Shown here one piece after another: positions 18,830-28,664 of a stretch of 64,000 nucleotides of DNA. The first letter of the stretch is position 1. Each line of letters opens with the position of its first letter. Location: assembly GCA_029775855.1 (NCBI GenBank), contig JARVJZ010000003.1, positions 96,001 to 160,000 of the forward strand, in the 5' to 3' direction. Made by a program: the position numbers and the translations under genes. The stretch comes from Nitrososphaeria archaeon (GTDB lineage Archaea > Thermoproteota > Nitrososphaeria > Nitrososphaerales > JAAOZN01). The notes beneath the pieces are model-generated. The model did not search any database, was not told the origin of the DNA, and saw nothing but the letters and a program-made list of their open reading frames with translations.

Positions 18830-19612
18830 TTATCTCCCTTTGAACTCCGGCTTCCTCTTCTCCAAGAATGCTCTTGCACCCTCTTTTTGATCTTCGGTCG
18901 AAAAGCAGTAAATGAAGAGTTCACTCTCATAATCTAACCCAGAGGCAAGGTCTGTTTCAAAGGATTTGTTGACCGCCTGCTTCGCTAATCTAAGTATAAG
19001 CGGGCTCTTCGACATAATCAGCCCAAGAATTTCGTTGAGCACTTCATCAAGCTTATCTCTTGGCACCACTCTGTTCACTAAACCAAGCCTATAAGCTTCC
19101 TGAGCATCTATCATCTGACCAAGATAGATCATCTCCTTCGCCTTCCTAATGCCAACAGCCCTTGGTAGGCGCTGGGTCCCACCAACACCTGGTATCAACC
19201 CAACGTTAATCTCGGTCTGACCGAATTTAGCATCCTCTGAAGCAACTATCATGTCACAGGAAAGTGCTAGCTCAAGTCCTCCACCAAATGCATACCCCTT
19301 GACCACAGCGATTACGGGTTTGCTGAGCGTCTCTATTGTTCTAGCAACTTGTTTAGCCAGCTTAACATATCTTCTAGCCTCTTTTGGCGTCATGTCTCGA
19401 AATATTCTGAGGTCTGCACCAGCTGAGAACGCTTTATCACCGGCGCCGGTCAGAACCACTGCTCTAACTTCTTCATCAGCATCAGCATCAAGCAGAGCTG
19501 TCAACATTTCTTTCCTTGTTTCTATATCCAGCGCATTCATGACTTGGGGTCTGTTTATCGTTATCCACGCTACACCATTCTTTTTCTCATACAGTATGTT
19601 TAGTAGCTGCAT
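18830..19612 (-). CDS. enoyl-CoA hydratase/crotonase family protein
   Basis: AFSAGAD, GGGLELAL, GQTEINVGLIPGVGGTQRL, KRKPEFKGR. Confidence 0.93.
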   Translation of the reverse strand: MQLLNILYEKKNGVAWITINRPQVMNALDIETRKEMLTALLDADADEEVRAVVLTGAGDKAFSAGADLRIFRDMTPKEARRYVKLAKQVARTIETLSKPVIAVVKGYAFGGGLELALSCDMIVASEDAKFGQTEINVGLIPGVGGTQRLPRAVGIRKAKEMIYLGQMIDAQEAYRLGLVNRVVPRDKLDEVLNEILGLIMSKSPLILRLAKQAVNKSFETDLASGLDYESELFIYCFSTEDQKEGARAFLEKRKPEFKGR

Positions 19613-19643
19613 GGGTTCTTCTTCTCTTTTCTGCTATTTATGT

Positions 19644-20084
19644 TTAGATTTCTTCGGTTTCTTCCTTCTTTTCTTTTTTTGTTTGTTTCAACCCTTCTTT
19701 TAAGCCAGCTAAGGTTTCAGCATACTCTTTTGATATCGCGCCGCTAGCTATCAAGCTTGCAACTGAGTTCGCTGAGGCTTCGCCCGTTATCTTGCCTATT
19801 GTGCCTCTGAGCTGCCTCCATTTTAACCTCGAGTTACCACTTTTGGAGATATAGATTATTCCGAGAACATCCCTTGCGTTTATGAATGTTACATCTCTAA
19901 TCTTCTTTAGCGTAACTTTATCCGCTGCTTCTACATATATAGCGCCTCTGTCGCCCTCTTTTTCTGGAAAGACCTCTTTATCCCTTAAGTAGCTTTCCGG
20001 TATGAATGAGCGGCAGGTGTTGTTGATGAGAAATCGTCGGAAGCTCTCTAGTGTCGCGGTTGTCTCTATGTAAACCAAGCGCAT
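19644..20084 (-). CDS. conserved hypothetical protein
   Basis: Intact 146-aa ORF with normal composition; no motif recognised. Confidence 0.65.
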   Translation of the reverse strand: MRLVYIETTATLESFRRFLINNTCRSFIPESYLRDKEVFPEKEGDRGAIYVEAADKVTLKKIRDVTFINARDVLGIIYISKSGNSRLKWRQLRGTIGKITGEASANSVASLIASGAISKEYAETLAGLKEGLKQTKKEKKEETEEI

Positions 20085-20166
20085 TCACCTTGGTAGAGCA
20101 GTATATTTACCTCCTTTTTTTAGGGTTAGCCTAGTGGTAATATATAGGTGTGTATATATGTTACTC

Positions 20167-20254
20167 GGGCGGACTGTGAAGACTCTAGCCCTACTGAAAG
20201 GTGAAGAGGATAGGCCTAATATGGCGCCCCTCAGCTTGAGTGCTGAGTTCGCCC
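20167..20254 (+). ncRNA. C/D box sRNA
   Basis: Terminal stem GGGCGGAC/GTTCGCCC; C GTGAAGA 20176, D' CTGA 20194, C' GTGAAGA 20201, D CTGA 20243; TATA-like box ~25 nt upstream. Confidence 0.7.
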
Positions 20255-20270
20255 AAAGATGTGATACATC

Positions 20271-21542
20271 TTGAGTCTAAGAAGTTACCTTCAGCAGACA
20301 GAAGTTGAAGTTGTGCACAAAGAGTTATCCCCCGATTTAGAGATAGCGGATTACCTGAGAAAGTGTAAGAAACCTGTTTTGTTTAAAAGAATCAAGGGTC
20401 ATGAAGAATTCAGTGTAGCAGGAAACCTTCTGAGCTCAAGGAATACTCTAGCCTCGCTTCTAGGCGTAGATGTTAAAGGCTTAGTTAAGCATCTGGCATG
20501 CATGTTATCCTCACCTTCAAAATATAGGTTAGTGGATGATGCTTCGTGGCTTGAAAAACAACAAACTAAACCAGACTTAGCCTCAAAGCTCCCCTTAACG
20601 ACTTTTTACAAGCGCTATCCAAGGAAATACACCTCTGCAACCGTGGTCTTTGCAAAAGACCCTGAAACTGGGAGGCAGAATGCTTCAATACACCGCTTAA
20701 TGCATCTCAAAGGCAACAGATTTGTGGTCAGACTTGTACCTCGAGACCTATTCTCTTTCTACCAGAAGAATAAAGAGCACGGCGTTGACACAGAAGTTGT
20801 AGTCACTTGCGGTCTTCACCCTCTTATCTGCCTAGCTGCAGCAACCTCCTATCCAGCCCTAGATGAATTAGAATTCGCAAACACTCTACTAAACGGCAAA
20901 TTAGAATGCTACAATCTCGATGGATTTAACGTGCCAAAAGATGCGGAAGTTGTTATGAAAGGAAGAATCCTTCACTCAGAGGAAGCGGATGAAGGACCGT
21001 TTGTAGACCTTACAGGCACTTGGGACACAATAAGAAAGCAGCCTATACTTGAAGTCGAAACACTCTACCATAGAAAAGAGCCCATATGGCAAGTCATTCT
21101 GCCAGGAGGTAGTGAGCATCGCCTACTTATGGGTGTGCCACAAGAGCCGCGAATATTCACGGTGGTGCAGAATGCTGTTAACTCTGTGCAGAGTGTTGTG
21201 CTCACGGAAGGAGGCTGTGGCTGGCTGCATGCTGTTGTTTCTATTAAGAAGAGGGTTGAGGGTGATGGGAAGAATGCCGGTCTAGCTGCCCTTGCAGCTC
21301 ATCCAAGCTTAAAGAGGGTTATTGTAGTTGATGATGACATCAACATCTATGATCCTTTGGATGTTGAGTGGGCATTGGCTACTAGGTTTCAGCCGGATAA
21401 GGGACTTGTAGTTATAAGTGGTGCTCGCGGCTCCTCCCTTGATCCATCGAGTCAGAAAACTGGAGTAACCTCTAAGTGGCTAATAGATGCAACACTACCC
21501 TTAGACGCCAATAGAGAACACTTTACCAAGATCGAAGAGTAG
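20271..21542 (+). CDS. UbiD-family decarboxylase, probable anhydromevalonate phosphate decarboxylase
   Basis: NASIHR, EGPFVDLTG, VVDDDI, WALATRFQ, GSSLDPS; adjacent to AcnX subunits. Confidence 0.88.
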   Translation: MSLRSYLQQTEVEVVHKELSPDLEIADYLRKCKKPVLFKRIKGHEEFSVAGNLLSSRNTLASLLGVDVKGLVKHLACMLSSPSKYRLVDDASWLEKQQTKPDLASKLPLTTFYKRYPRKYTSATVVFAKDPETGRQNASIHRLMHLKGNRFVVRLVPRDLFSFYQKNKEHGVDTEVVVTCGLHPLICLAAATSYPALDELEFANTLLNGKLECYNLDGFNVPKDAEVVMKGRILHSEEADEGPFVDLTGTWDTIRKQPILEVETLYHRKEPIWQVILPGGSEHRLLMGVPQEPRIFTVVQNAVNSVQSVVLTEGGCGWLHAVVSIKKRVEGDGKNAGLAALAAHPSLKRVIVVDDDINIYDPLDVEWALATRFQPDKGLVVISGARGSSLDPSSQKTGVTSKWLIDATLPLDANREHFTKIEE

Positions 21543-22757
21543 GTGAATATAAACATGTATCTAACGAAGAAGCAAGAAGCTATACTCAGAGGAGAAGAAG
21601 GCTGGGCGAAGAAGAAGTGCCTCGAAATCTTAGTAGGTTTAGGTGAAATATACGGTGCAGACCACCTCATACCTATCACCTCAACTCAAATCTCTGGCGT
21701 AAGCTACAAAACCTTAGGTGAATACGGTCTTCAATGGGTGGAGTCTCTTGCACCCGCTAAAGCAGCTGTGCCGAGCACGTTGAATCCCGCTGGGATGGAT
21801 TTATCTCTTTGGTCAGAGATGGGTATACCTGAGGATTTTGCTGAAAAGCAGATGCGTGTAATAAGAGCTTATGAAAGTTTGGGCATAACTCCGCTCTGCA
21901 GCTGCACCCCTTATCTATCTGGTATGGCACCTAGGTTCGGGGAGCACGTCGCTTGGTCTGAGTCTTCAGCGGTCTGCTATATCAACTCGTATCTAGGTGC
22001 CCGAACAAATAGAGAAGGTGGTCCTTCGGCACTGGCTTCAGCGCTAACAGGATATACAGCGAATTACGGTCTTCATTTAGATGAGAATAGGAAGCCTAAT
22101 GTAGTGGTTGAGGTCGGAGCGAAGTTAAGTGGGTTAAGCGACTATAGCGCATTAGGATACTACTTAGGTAAGATTTTACAGCAAGGAGTACCGTATTTGA
22201 AAGGTCTAACCTTTTTTGGCTCAGACGAAGCTAAGGCTCTTTCAGCGGCGGCTGCTGCATCTGGGGGCATAGCGCTTTTCCACGCAGAAGGGTTTACGCC
22301 CGAGGCTCGAAGCGACTTGAGCGGGTTAGAGCGTCTTCATGTAGACGATGTTGTTCTCAAAGGTGTTTATGGAGAGTTATCTACTGTAAGTTCCGGGGAA
22401 GTAGACCTCGTTGCTATAGGTTGCCCACACACATCCATCAATGAGCTAAGAGCTGCTGCTGCTCTTGTTAAGGGTAAAAAAGTTGCGCCCTCAACCAAAC
22501 TTTGGCTCTTTACTTCTCTAACAACTAAGGCTCTTGCTGAAAGATTAGGCATTATAAGTAAGATAGAGGAGGCTGGTGGTAAAGTGTATACCGACTGCTG
22601 CATGATAGTAGCGCCGCTTGAGCGAATGGGTTTCAAAAGAATAGTTGTGAACTCAGCAAAAGCAGCTCTCTACGCTCCTACAGCTTCAAAAGTTGATGTA
22701 GTATTTACAACGCTTGAAGACTGTATAGATATAGCGTTGAAAGGTAGAGTGAGTTAA
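21543..22757 (+). CDS. aconitase X large subunit, probable phosphomevalonate dehydratase
   Basis: QISGVSYK, CSCTPY, WSESSA, GARTNREG, GCPH, DCCMIV, NSAK. Confidence 0.9.
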   Translation: MNINMYLTKKQEAILRGEEGWAKKKCLEILVGLGEIYGADHLIPITSTQISGVSYKTLGEYGLQWVESLAPAKAAVPSTLNPAGMDLSLWSEMGIPEDFAEKQMRVIRAYESLGITPLCSCTPYLSGMAPRFGEHVAWSESSAVCYINSYLGARTNREGGPSALASALTGYTANYGLHLDENRKPNVVVEVGAKLSGLSDYSALGYYLGKILQQGVPYLKGLTFFGSDEAKALSAAAAASGGIALFHAEGFTPEARSDLSGLERLHVDDVVLKGVYGELSTVSSGEVDLVAIGCPHTSINELRAAAALVKGKKVAPSTKLWLFTSLTTKALAERLGIISKIEEAGGKVYTDCCMIVAPLERMGFKRIVVNSAKAALYAPTASKVDVVFTTLEDCIDIALKGRVS

Positions 22758-22760
22758 AGG

Positions 22761-23153
22761 TTGAAGATTATTAAGTGTAGAAGGATATCTTCGGGTAGGG
22801 CTGAAGGATTATCACTCTACTCCCCAGCACCAATAAGCTTCTTCGGAACAATAGACCCAGAAACAAGTGTAGTTGTTGAAAGAGGGCACCCACTATACGG
22901 ACAGCAAATCGCAGGTAAAATACTCATATATCCAACTGGAAGAGGATCTACAGTCGGCTCCTATATACTCTATGGTCTAAGCAGAAGAGGATTAGCACCC
23001 AAAGCAATCATAATGAAGGAAGCCGAACCTATCGTCGCTGTTGGCGCCATTATCTCAGATATCCCACTCGTAGATAAACCACAATCCTACGACTTTACAA
23101 GTGGAATGAAGATGGTTGTCGATGCAGATAAAGGTGAGATTATACTTTTATAG
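22761..23153 (+). CDS. aconitase X swivel (DUF126) small subunit
   Basis: ISFFG, GRGSTVGS, EPIVAVGAII. Confidence 0.9.
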   Translation: MKIIKCRRISSGRAEGLSLYSPAPISFFGTIDPETSVVVERGHPLYGQQIAGKILIYPTGRGSTVGSYILYGLSRRGLAPKAIIMKEAEPIVAVGAIISDIPLVDKPQSYDFTSGMKMVVDADKGEIILL

Positions 23154-24648
23154 GCTGCTTTATTGTAGGTTCCGGCGCAAGAGTTTTAGCGAACTTCCTC
23201 TCAATCTCTTGTCTATGCAGTGTATTCATGGTGCAGAAGGGTATGATCCTCCCATCAGGAACAGCATAGTGTATACCGCATCTCTGAACCCTCTCTAAGT
23301 CAAAATTGTAGCCGTCCATAAAGTGCATTGAGCTAACCATAATTACTCTACGCATAAGCTGGCCAAGTGCACTGTAGCTACCTTCCTTTATGACCCCTGA
23401 AAGTAGTGAGCTAAGAACCCTCATCTTAAGGTGTCTAAGGGATGTTATCATCTTCATTTTCGCTCTAGTCTTCTTACCCGCTAAAGCAAGTTTAGCCACA
23501 TCTTCCATCTCAGCCATAAACGCATCCACATCAGCATAACGAGTTATAGGAAGAAGCTTACCGTCCTCGACGAAAACGAAGGTTGCCATGCCACAGTGCT
23601 CGTGCATCGTAAACTCTGGATACACCTTACCCTTAAGCGCAGCCATAGCCCTAGCGAAAGGCACAACAGTTGGAACGGGATAAAAGTCGTCTCGAGTTAT
23701 CTGCCCTTCAGTCTGCTCCTCCACCAGCCTCATGAAGTCCGTAATCGTAATCCTATATTCTCTTAGCTTCTGCCTATCTATCCTCCCAGTTATCGATACT
23801 GGCTGGACATTTACACATCGTATGATATCAAAATTTTCCGCTGCAAACTTAATTATGTCACCGAGTTGATCATCATTCACACCTCTAACCAAAGTTACTA
23901 CAAGCACTGTACTCTTATGTCCAACATTACGCAGATTCTCTAACGCCTTCAACTTGGTCTGGAGTAGATCGACACCTCGTGTTGTAAGATAGGTTTCACT
24001 TTTCACACCGTCAAACTGGAGATAAAAGGTGTTTACACCAGCGTCAGCAAGTTCCTTAGCATACTCTAAACTGTTTGCAATCCTTATCCCGTTTGTGTTC
24101 ACCTCAACATGAGAGATGCCAGCTTCATGCGCCTTCTTAACGAATTCTGGAAGGTCTTCGCGGAGAGTAGGTTCACCACCAGAGAACTGTAGAGCTTTTG
24201 TGCTGACTGGTTTATTCGCTGCAAGGTTATCTATCATAGCGAATATTTCCTCTTTTGACGGTTCGTATAGGTACCCCGCTGCCGCAGCGTTAGCGAAGCA
24301 TATGGGGCACCTAAGATTACATCTGTTCGTGACATCTATTATGCCAAGTATAGTGTAAGATTTGTGGTTTGGGCATAACCCGCAGTCGTAAGGGCATCCT
24401 TTATCCGCTTTAGTTCTTGGGTTTTCAACACCGACGCCGTCTCTCCTAAACTTCTGAACCCTCATATATTGCTCATAGTCACTCCAGTAGATGTCCTCAT
24501 AGCTACCATGCTCTGAGCAGCTCTTCCTAATCACCACCTTCCCATTAGAACGGTAGATAGATGCATTAACTACCTTGTAGCAGATGGGGCATATACTCTT
24601 TGTCTCCTTTAACAACATCAACGCAACCACTTCTCCCCCTAAACTCAT
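23140..24648 (-). CDS. tes: radical SAM tetraether (GDGT) lipid synthase
   Basis: N-terminal SICPIC...CSEHG, CPYDCGLC, CNLRCPIC, C-terminal FMDGYNFDLERVQRC...IPFC. Confidence 0.88.
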   Translation of the reverse strand: MSLGGEVVALMLLKETKSICPICYKVVNASIYRSNGKVVIRKSCSEHGSYEDIYWSDYEQYMRVQKFRRDGVGVENPRTKADKGCPYDCGLCPNHKSYTILGIIDVTNRCNLRCPICFANAAAAGYLYEPSKEEIFAMIDNLAANKPVSTKALQFSGGEPTLREDLPEFVKKAHEAGISHVEVNTNGIRIANSLEYAKELADAGVNTFYLQFDGVKSETYLTTRGVDLLQTKLKALENLRNVGHKSTVLVVTLVRGVNDDQLGDIIKFAAENFDIIRCVNVQPVSITGRIDRQKLREYRITITDFMRLVEEQTEGQITRDDFYPVPTVVPFARAMAALKGKVYPEFTMHEHCGMATFVFVEDGKLLPITRYADVDAFMAEMEDVAKLALAGKKTRAKMKMITSLRHLKMRVLSSLLSGVIKEGSYSALGQLMRRVIMVSSMHFMDGYNFDLERVQRCGIHYAVPDGRIIPFCTMNTLHRQEIERKFAKTLAPEPTIKQPIKV

Positions 24649-24693
24649 AATTAAATTCTATCTCTATTCTACACTTTTCACCTTAGGAAAGTT

Positions 24694-25686
24694 CTATAAA
24701 CCCAAGCTCTGCGATTTAACTAACACCTCAAGCTCCTGATCTACGCACGCGCTCTGCACCCCAAACCTTCTTATGCAATCCAAGCATCTCTCTGGGTCGC
24801 ATAAAGTAGTGCTTAGATACTTCTCTCCACCATCTGGTAAGATCGCTAAGATTACACCAGAATCCAGCTCCTCAGCCTTCTTCAACGCAGCATAAAATAT
24901 AGCACCAGAACTTGGGCCGCAGAAGATTCCCTCTTTAAGTGTTAGAAGTCTAGCTGTGTCCTCAGCTTCTTGTAGAGTGACGACGATCTTTTCATCAATT
25001 AGCGCTGGGTTCCAGATCCGCGGCACATACTGCACTTCAAGGTTCTTTAAACCTTGAATAGGTGTATTTTTATGGGGTTCTACCCCTATTATCTTCAGTT
25101 TAGGGTTCTTCTCCTTTAACTTCTTAGAGACACCCATCAGAGTGCCTGTTGTCCCCATACCTGCAACGATATGTGTAAGTCTATCTCCAAAGTCTCTCCA
25201 AATCTCTTCAGCAGTGGTTTCATAGTGTGCTCTCACATTATTGGTGTTAGCGAATTGATTCGGCATAAAATACTTCTCGGGATTTTTTGAAACTATCTGC
25301 CTCGCAAGATCTTCAGCACCATCCATACCTTTAGCGCCAGGTGATAGTATGATCCTTGCGCCATACGCCAATAGGATCTTCCTTCTCTCTAAACTCATAG
25401 TTTCAGGCATAACTAGAGCGAGCTTGTAACCTTTAACAGCACAGACTAGCGCTAAACCTATTCCAGTGTTTCCGCTTGTTGGCTCTATTACGATCTTGTC
25501 TTTCGTCAATACTCCTTCTTTTTCAGCAGCCTCTATCATATAGAGGGCTATTCTGTCTTTTATTGAGCCGGCTGGGTTAAACTTCTCAAGCTTTACATAG
25601 ATTTCCACGCTATCCTTCGGTCGTAGGTTATTGATTCTTACTACTGGAGTGTTGCCGATGAGTTCAAGGATATTGCTGTAGATCAT
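24694..25686 (-). CDS. cysteine synthase (CysK/CysM)
   Basis: NPAGSIKDR, EPTSGNTG, MPETMSLER, DGGEKYLST. Confidence 0.92.
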   Translation of the reverse strand: MIYSNILELIGNTPVVRINNLRPKDSVEIYVKLEKFNPAGSIKDRIALYMIEAAEKEGVLTKDKIVIEPTSGNTGIGLALVCAVKGYKLALVMPETMSLERRKILLAYGARIILSPGAKGMDGAEDLARQIVSKNPEKYFMPNQFANTNNVRAHYETTAEEIWRDFGDRLTHIVAGMGTTGTLMGVSKKLKEKNPKLKIIGVEPHKNTPIQGLKNLEVQYVPRIWNPALIDEKIVVTLQEAEDTARLLTLKEGIFCGPSSGAIFYAALKKAEELDSGVILAILPDGGEKYLSTTLCDPERCLDCIRRFGVQSACVDQELEVLVKSQSLGL

Positions 25687-25777
25687 CCCTAGGCATCCCT
25701 CTAATTATATCGGTGATATAATCTATTCTACTTTAGAATTCAGCAAGAATATAAACTAAGACAACATTAGGATAACC

Positions 25778-26452
25778 GTGAAACGGTTAAGAGTAGACTT
25801 TAGTAGAGTCATCGACCTTTCCCAAACAATATCAAACGCCTCTCCAACTTATCCAGGAGATACAAAACCATCTATAGATAGGATACGAAGAATAGGTATA
25901 AATGGTTCAGCATATAATTTAAGCAGATTAACCATATCACCACATGTAGCTACGCATGTTGACGCACCTTTACACTTCTTATCGGAGGGGCGCTGTGTCG
26001 GCGACTTAGATCCTTTTGCATATTCTGGTGAAGCTGTAGTGGTGGACTTCTCATCAAAGAATAGTTTGGAGATCAACGCTGAAGACCTTGAAGCGAAGGC
26101 TGTGGAGGTGAGAAGTGGGTTTGTAGTGCTCCTATATACTGGCTTCAGCAAGATCGTGGGAAAAGTGGATTGGCTTCGGAATTATACTGCGCTAACTGAA
26201 GATGGTGCAAAGTGGTTGATAGATAAAGGTGTTAAAGCGGTGGGAACTGATGCGTTAAGCATAGAAAGGTATGATTCTAAAGATTACCGCGTTCACAAAC
26301 TGCTTCTACAAAACTCAATAGGTATAATCGAGGGGCTGTCCGATGAGCTCAAGAGGTTAATAGGTGTGAAGATACTCTTTATCTGCCTACCGCTTAAAAT
26401 AGAATGCTGTGAAGGTGCGCCTGCAAGGGCTATAGCGGTAAAACTGTCATAA
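25778..26452 (+). CDS. cyclase/kynurenine formamidase-family metal hydrolase
   Basis: HVATHVDAPLH, GTDALSI, GAPARA. Confidence 0.88.
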   Translation: MKRLRVDFSRVIDLSQTISNASPTYPGDTKPSIDRIRRIGINGSAYNLSRLTISPHVATHVDAPLHFLSEGRCVGDLDPFAYSGEAVVVDFSSKNSLEINAEDLEAKAVEVRSGFVVLLYTGFSKIVGKVDWLRNYTALTEDGAKWLIDKGVKAVGTDALSIERYDSKDYRVHKLLLQNSIGIIEGLSDELKRLIGVKILFICLPLKIECCEGAPARAIAVKLS

Positions 26453-26508
26453 AGATACAACATCGAGTTAATATGCAACTTTAAGCCCTTTAAGATACAG
26501 AGCCCACG

Positions 26509-27639
26509 TTGGAAGCAGATGTGTTAGTCATAGGTGCTGGCATAGTTGGCTTGAGCATAGCATACAATCTCGCAGAAATGGGTTGCAAGAAGATTATAGT
26601 TACTGAAAAAGAGTTCGCTGGAGCAGGCACAACAGGAAAAGGCGGAGGAGGGATAAGGCACCAATTTTCAACCGAACTTAACATAAAGCTGACAATCGAA
26701 AGCCTAAATCTGCTGAAAAGATTTAAAGAACTAACTGGATATGACCCTCAACTCAAAAGCATAAGCTACTATCTACTCGCAACCGAAGAAGAAGAAGCAT
26801 TGCTAAGAAGAAGCGTCGACGCCCAGATTAAACAAGGTCTTCACAGCACCCTCATAGAGCCTAGTGAACTAAAACCGATACTTAAAGGAGTAAAGCTAGA
26901 CGATATAGCAGCGGTCTCAACTTGCAGAGAAGACTCTTGGATCAACCCCCCAACCTTACTCCAAGGCTACTACGACTCTTGCATAAGACTCGGGGTATCA
27001 ATCTTAGAGCATACTGAAGTAAAACACTTGAGAAAAGAAGGTTGCTTAAGAGCAGAGACTACTGTAGGACATATAGATGCTGAGACAGTAGTTATAGCGG
27101 CTGGCGCATACAGCGGGCTCATCGGTAAAAGCATAGGTGTTGAAATACCTATCCAACCATTTAAAAGGCAAGTGTTTTACGTTGAGGGCTTAGATAAAGT
27201 TGCTGAACCGAATCTTGTGCTCTTCGACCTACATAATAAGGTTGCTTTAGTCAATAGAGTTGAGGGGCCTATCGTTGGTATTCACGATAGAAGCACGCTG
27301 GGTTCGTTTGATGAAACCCTTAACCTTAATGATGCTCCATATGTAAAGGAGGTCGCAGCACAGCGAATACCCCCTATCAAAAAAGCGGAGTTAACGGGTG
27401 GGATAGCTGGGTTATACGAAATGACACCAGACAGAAACCCCATAATAGGTAAAATAGCCAGTGTAGAAGGCTTGTTTTGCGCTGCTGGCTTTAGTGGGCA
27501 CGGTATTATGCACGCACCCATAATAGGCAAAATCATAGCTGAGATGATAGTTAAAGATAAACCCTCAATAGATATATCACAGTTCTCAATAAATCGTTTT
27601 TCAAATAACAAACAGGTTTACGAGCACATCGTGATTTAA
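26509..27639 (+). CDS. FAD-dependent oxidoreductase (sarcosine oxidase beta / proline dehydrogenase family)
   Basis: IGAGIVG, YEMTPDRNPIIG, GFSGHG. Confidence 0.88.
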   Translation: MEADVLVIGAGIVGLSIAYNLAEMGCKKIIVTEKEFAGAGTTGKGGGGIRHQFSTELNIKLTIESLNLLKRFKELTGYDPQLKSISYYLLATEEEEALLRRSVDAQIKQGLHSTLIEPSELKPILKGVKLDDIAAVSTCREDSWINPPTLLQGYYDSCIRLGVSILEHTEVKHLRKEGCLRAETTVGHIDAETVVIAAGAYSGLIGKSIGVEIPIQPFKRQVFYVEGLDKVAEPNLVLFDLHNKVALVNRVEGPIVGIHDRSTLGSFDETLNLNDAPYVKEVAAQRIPPIKKAELTGGIAGLYEMTPDRNPIIGKIASVEGLFCAAGFSGHGIMHAPIIGKIIAEMIVKDKPSIDISQFSINRFSNNKQVYEHIVI

Positions 27640-28664
27640 GTGTAAAGGTGGCAATAGACCTCATGCTCACCATCCTTCACCACAGCTTGAGGCTCCACAG
27701 TTCTACACTTATCCATAACCTTCGGACACCTAGTATGAAATCTGCACCCCTTTGGTATGTTAACTGAGCTCGGCACATCCCCCTTTAAAATTATCCTCTC
27801 TACAGCCTCTCGCTGCAGACGTGGCGCAGATGAGAGAAGAGCTTGGCTATATGGGTGGAGAGGTTCCGTAAAGAACTTTCTTGAGGGAGCTTTCTCAACA
27901 ATAACCCCAAGATACATTACAGCAACATAATCGCTGATATATTTAACAAGTGAAAGATCATGCGATATAAAAAGGTAAGTCAACTTATACTTCTTTTGCA
28001 GATCAAGCAACAGATTGACTATCTGTGCTCTAACTGATACATCCAGCGACGATACTGGTTCATCTAACACTATAAACTTTGGGTTTACTGCTAGTGCTCT
28101 TGCTATTCCAACACGCTGCTTCTGCCCTCCGCTAAGCGCCCTCGGATACCTATATTGATGCTCATACTCTAAACCAACACTAACAAGTAGCTCGCCGACC
28201 ACTTTATCAGTGGCTTCCTTTCCGCCGACTCTCAAAGCCTCTTTTAACGTCGCCCCAACCGTAAGCCTCGGGTTAAGCGAAGACTCGGGATCTTGGAAGA
28301 CTATTTGCGCTTTTCTTCTAAAAATCCTAAATTCTTCGCCTTTTAGACCAACAATATTTTGTCCTTCAAACAATATCTTACCCCTATCAGGAGTCAATAA
28401 ACCTAAAACAAGCCTACCTAAGGTAGATTTACCACAACCAGATTCACCTACAAGACTAGTTATCACCTCTTTAGGTATCTGTAAATTTACGCCATCGACC
28501 GCGTGAACAAAACCTTTAGTGCGCTTAAAGAAGCCTCCAGTTATAGGGAACCACTTAATCAAGTTCTCTGTCGCTACGAGCGCACCTTCAGTATAACCAG
28601 CATCTGACAAAGTGGTTTGCCTCCACCTCCAAATCCAGAGGCTCTTCAGCAACACATCTCTCAA
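27636..28664 (-). CDS. peptide ABC transporter ATP-binding protein (DppF/OppF-like; true start probably slightly downstream)
   Basis: GESGCGKS, LSGGQKQR, DEPVSSLD, CRFHTRC. Confidence 0.92.
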   Translation of the reverse strand: MRDVLLKSLWIWRWRQTTLSDAGYTEGALVATENLIKWFPITGGFFKRTKGFVHAVDGVNLQIPKEVITSLVGESGCGKSTLGRLVLGLLTPDRGKILFEGQNIVGLKGEEFRIFRRKAQIVFQDPESSLNPRLTVGATLKEALRVGGKEATDKVVGELLVSVGLEYEHQYRYPRALSGGQKQRVGIARALAVNPKFIVLDEPVSSLDVSVRAQIVNLLLDLQKKYKLTYLFISHDLSLVKYISDYVAVMYLGVIVEKAPSRKFFTEPLHPYSQALLSSAPRLQREAVERIILKGDVPSSVNIPKGCRFHTRCPKVMDKCRTVEPQAVVKDGEHEVYCHLYT

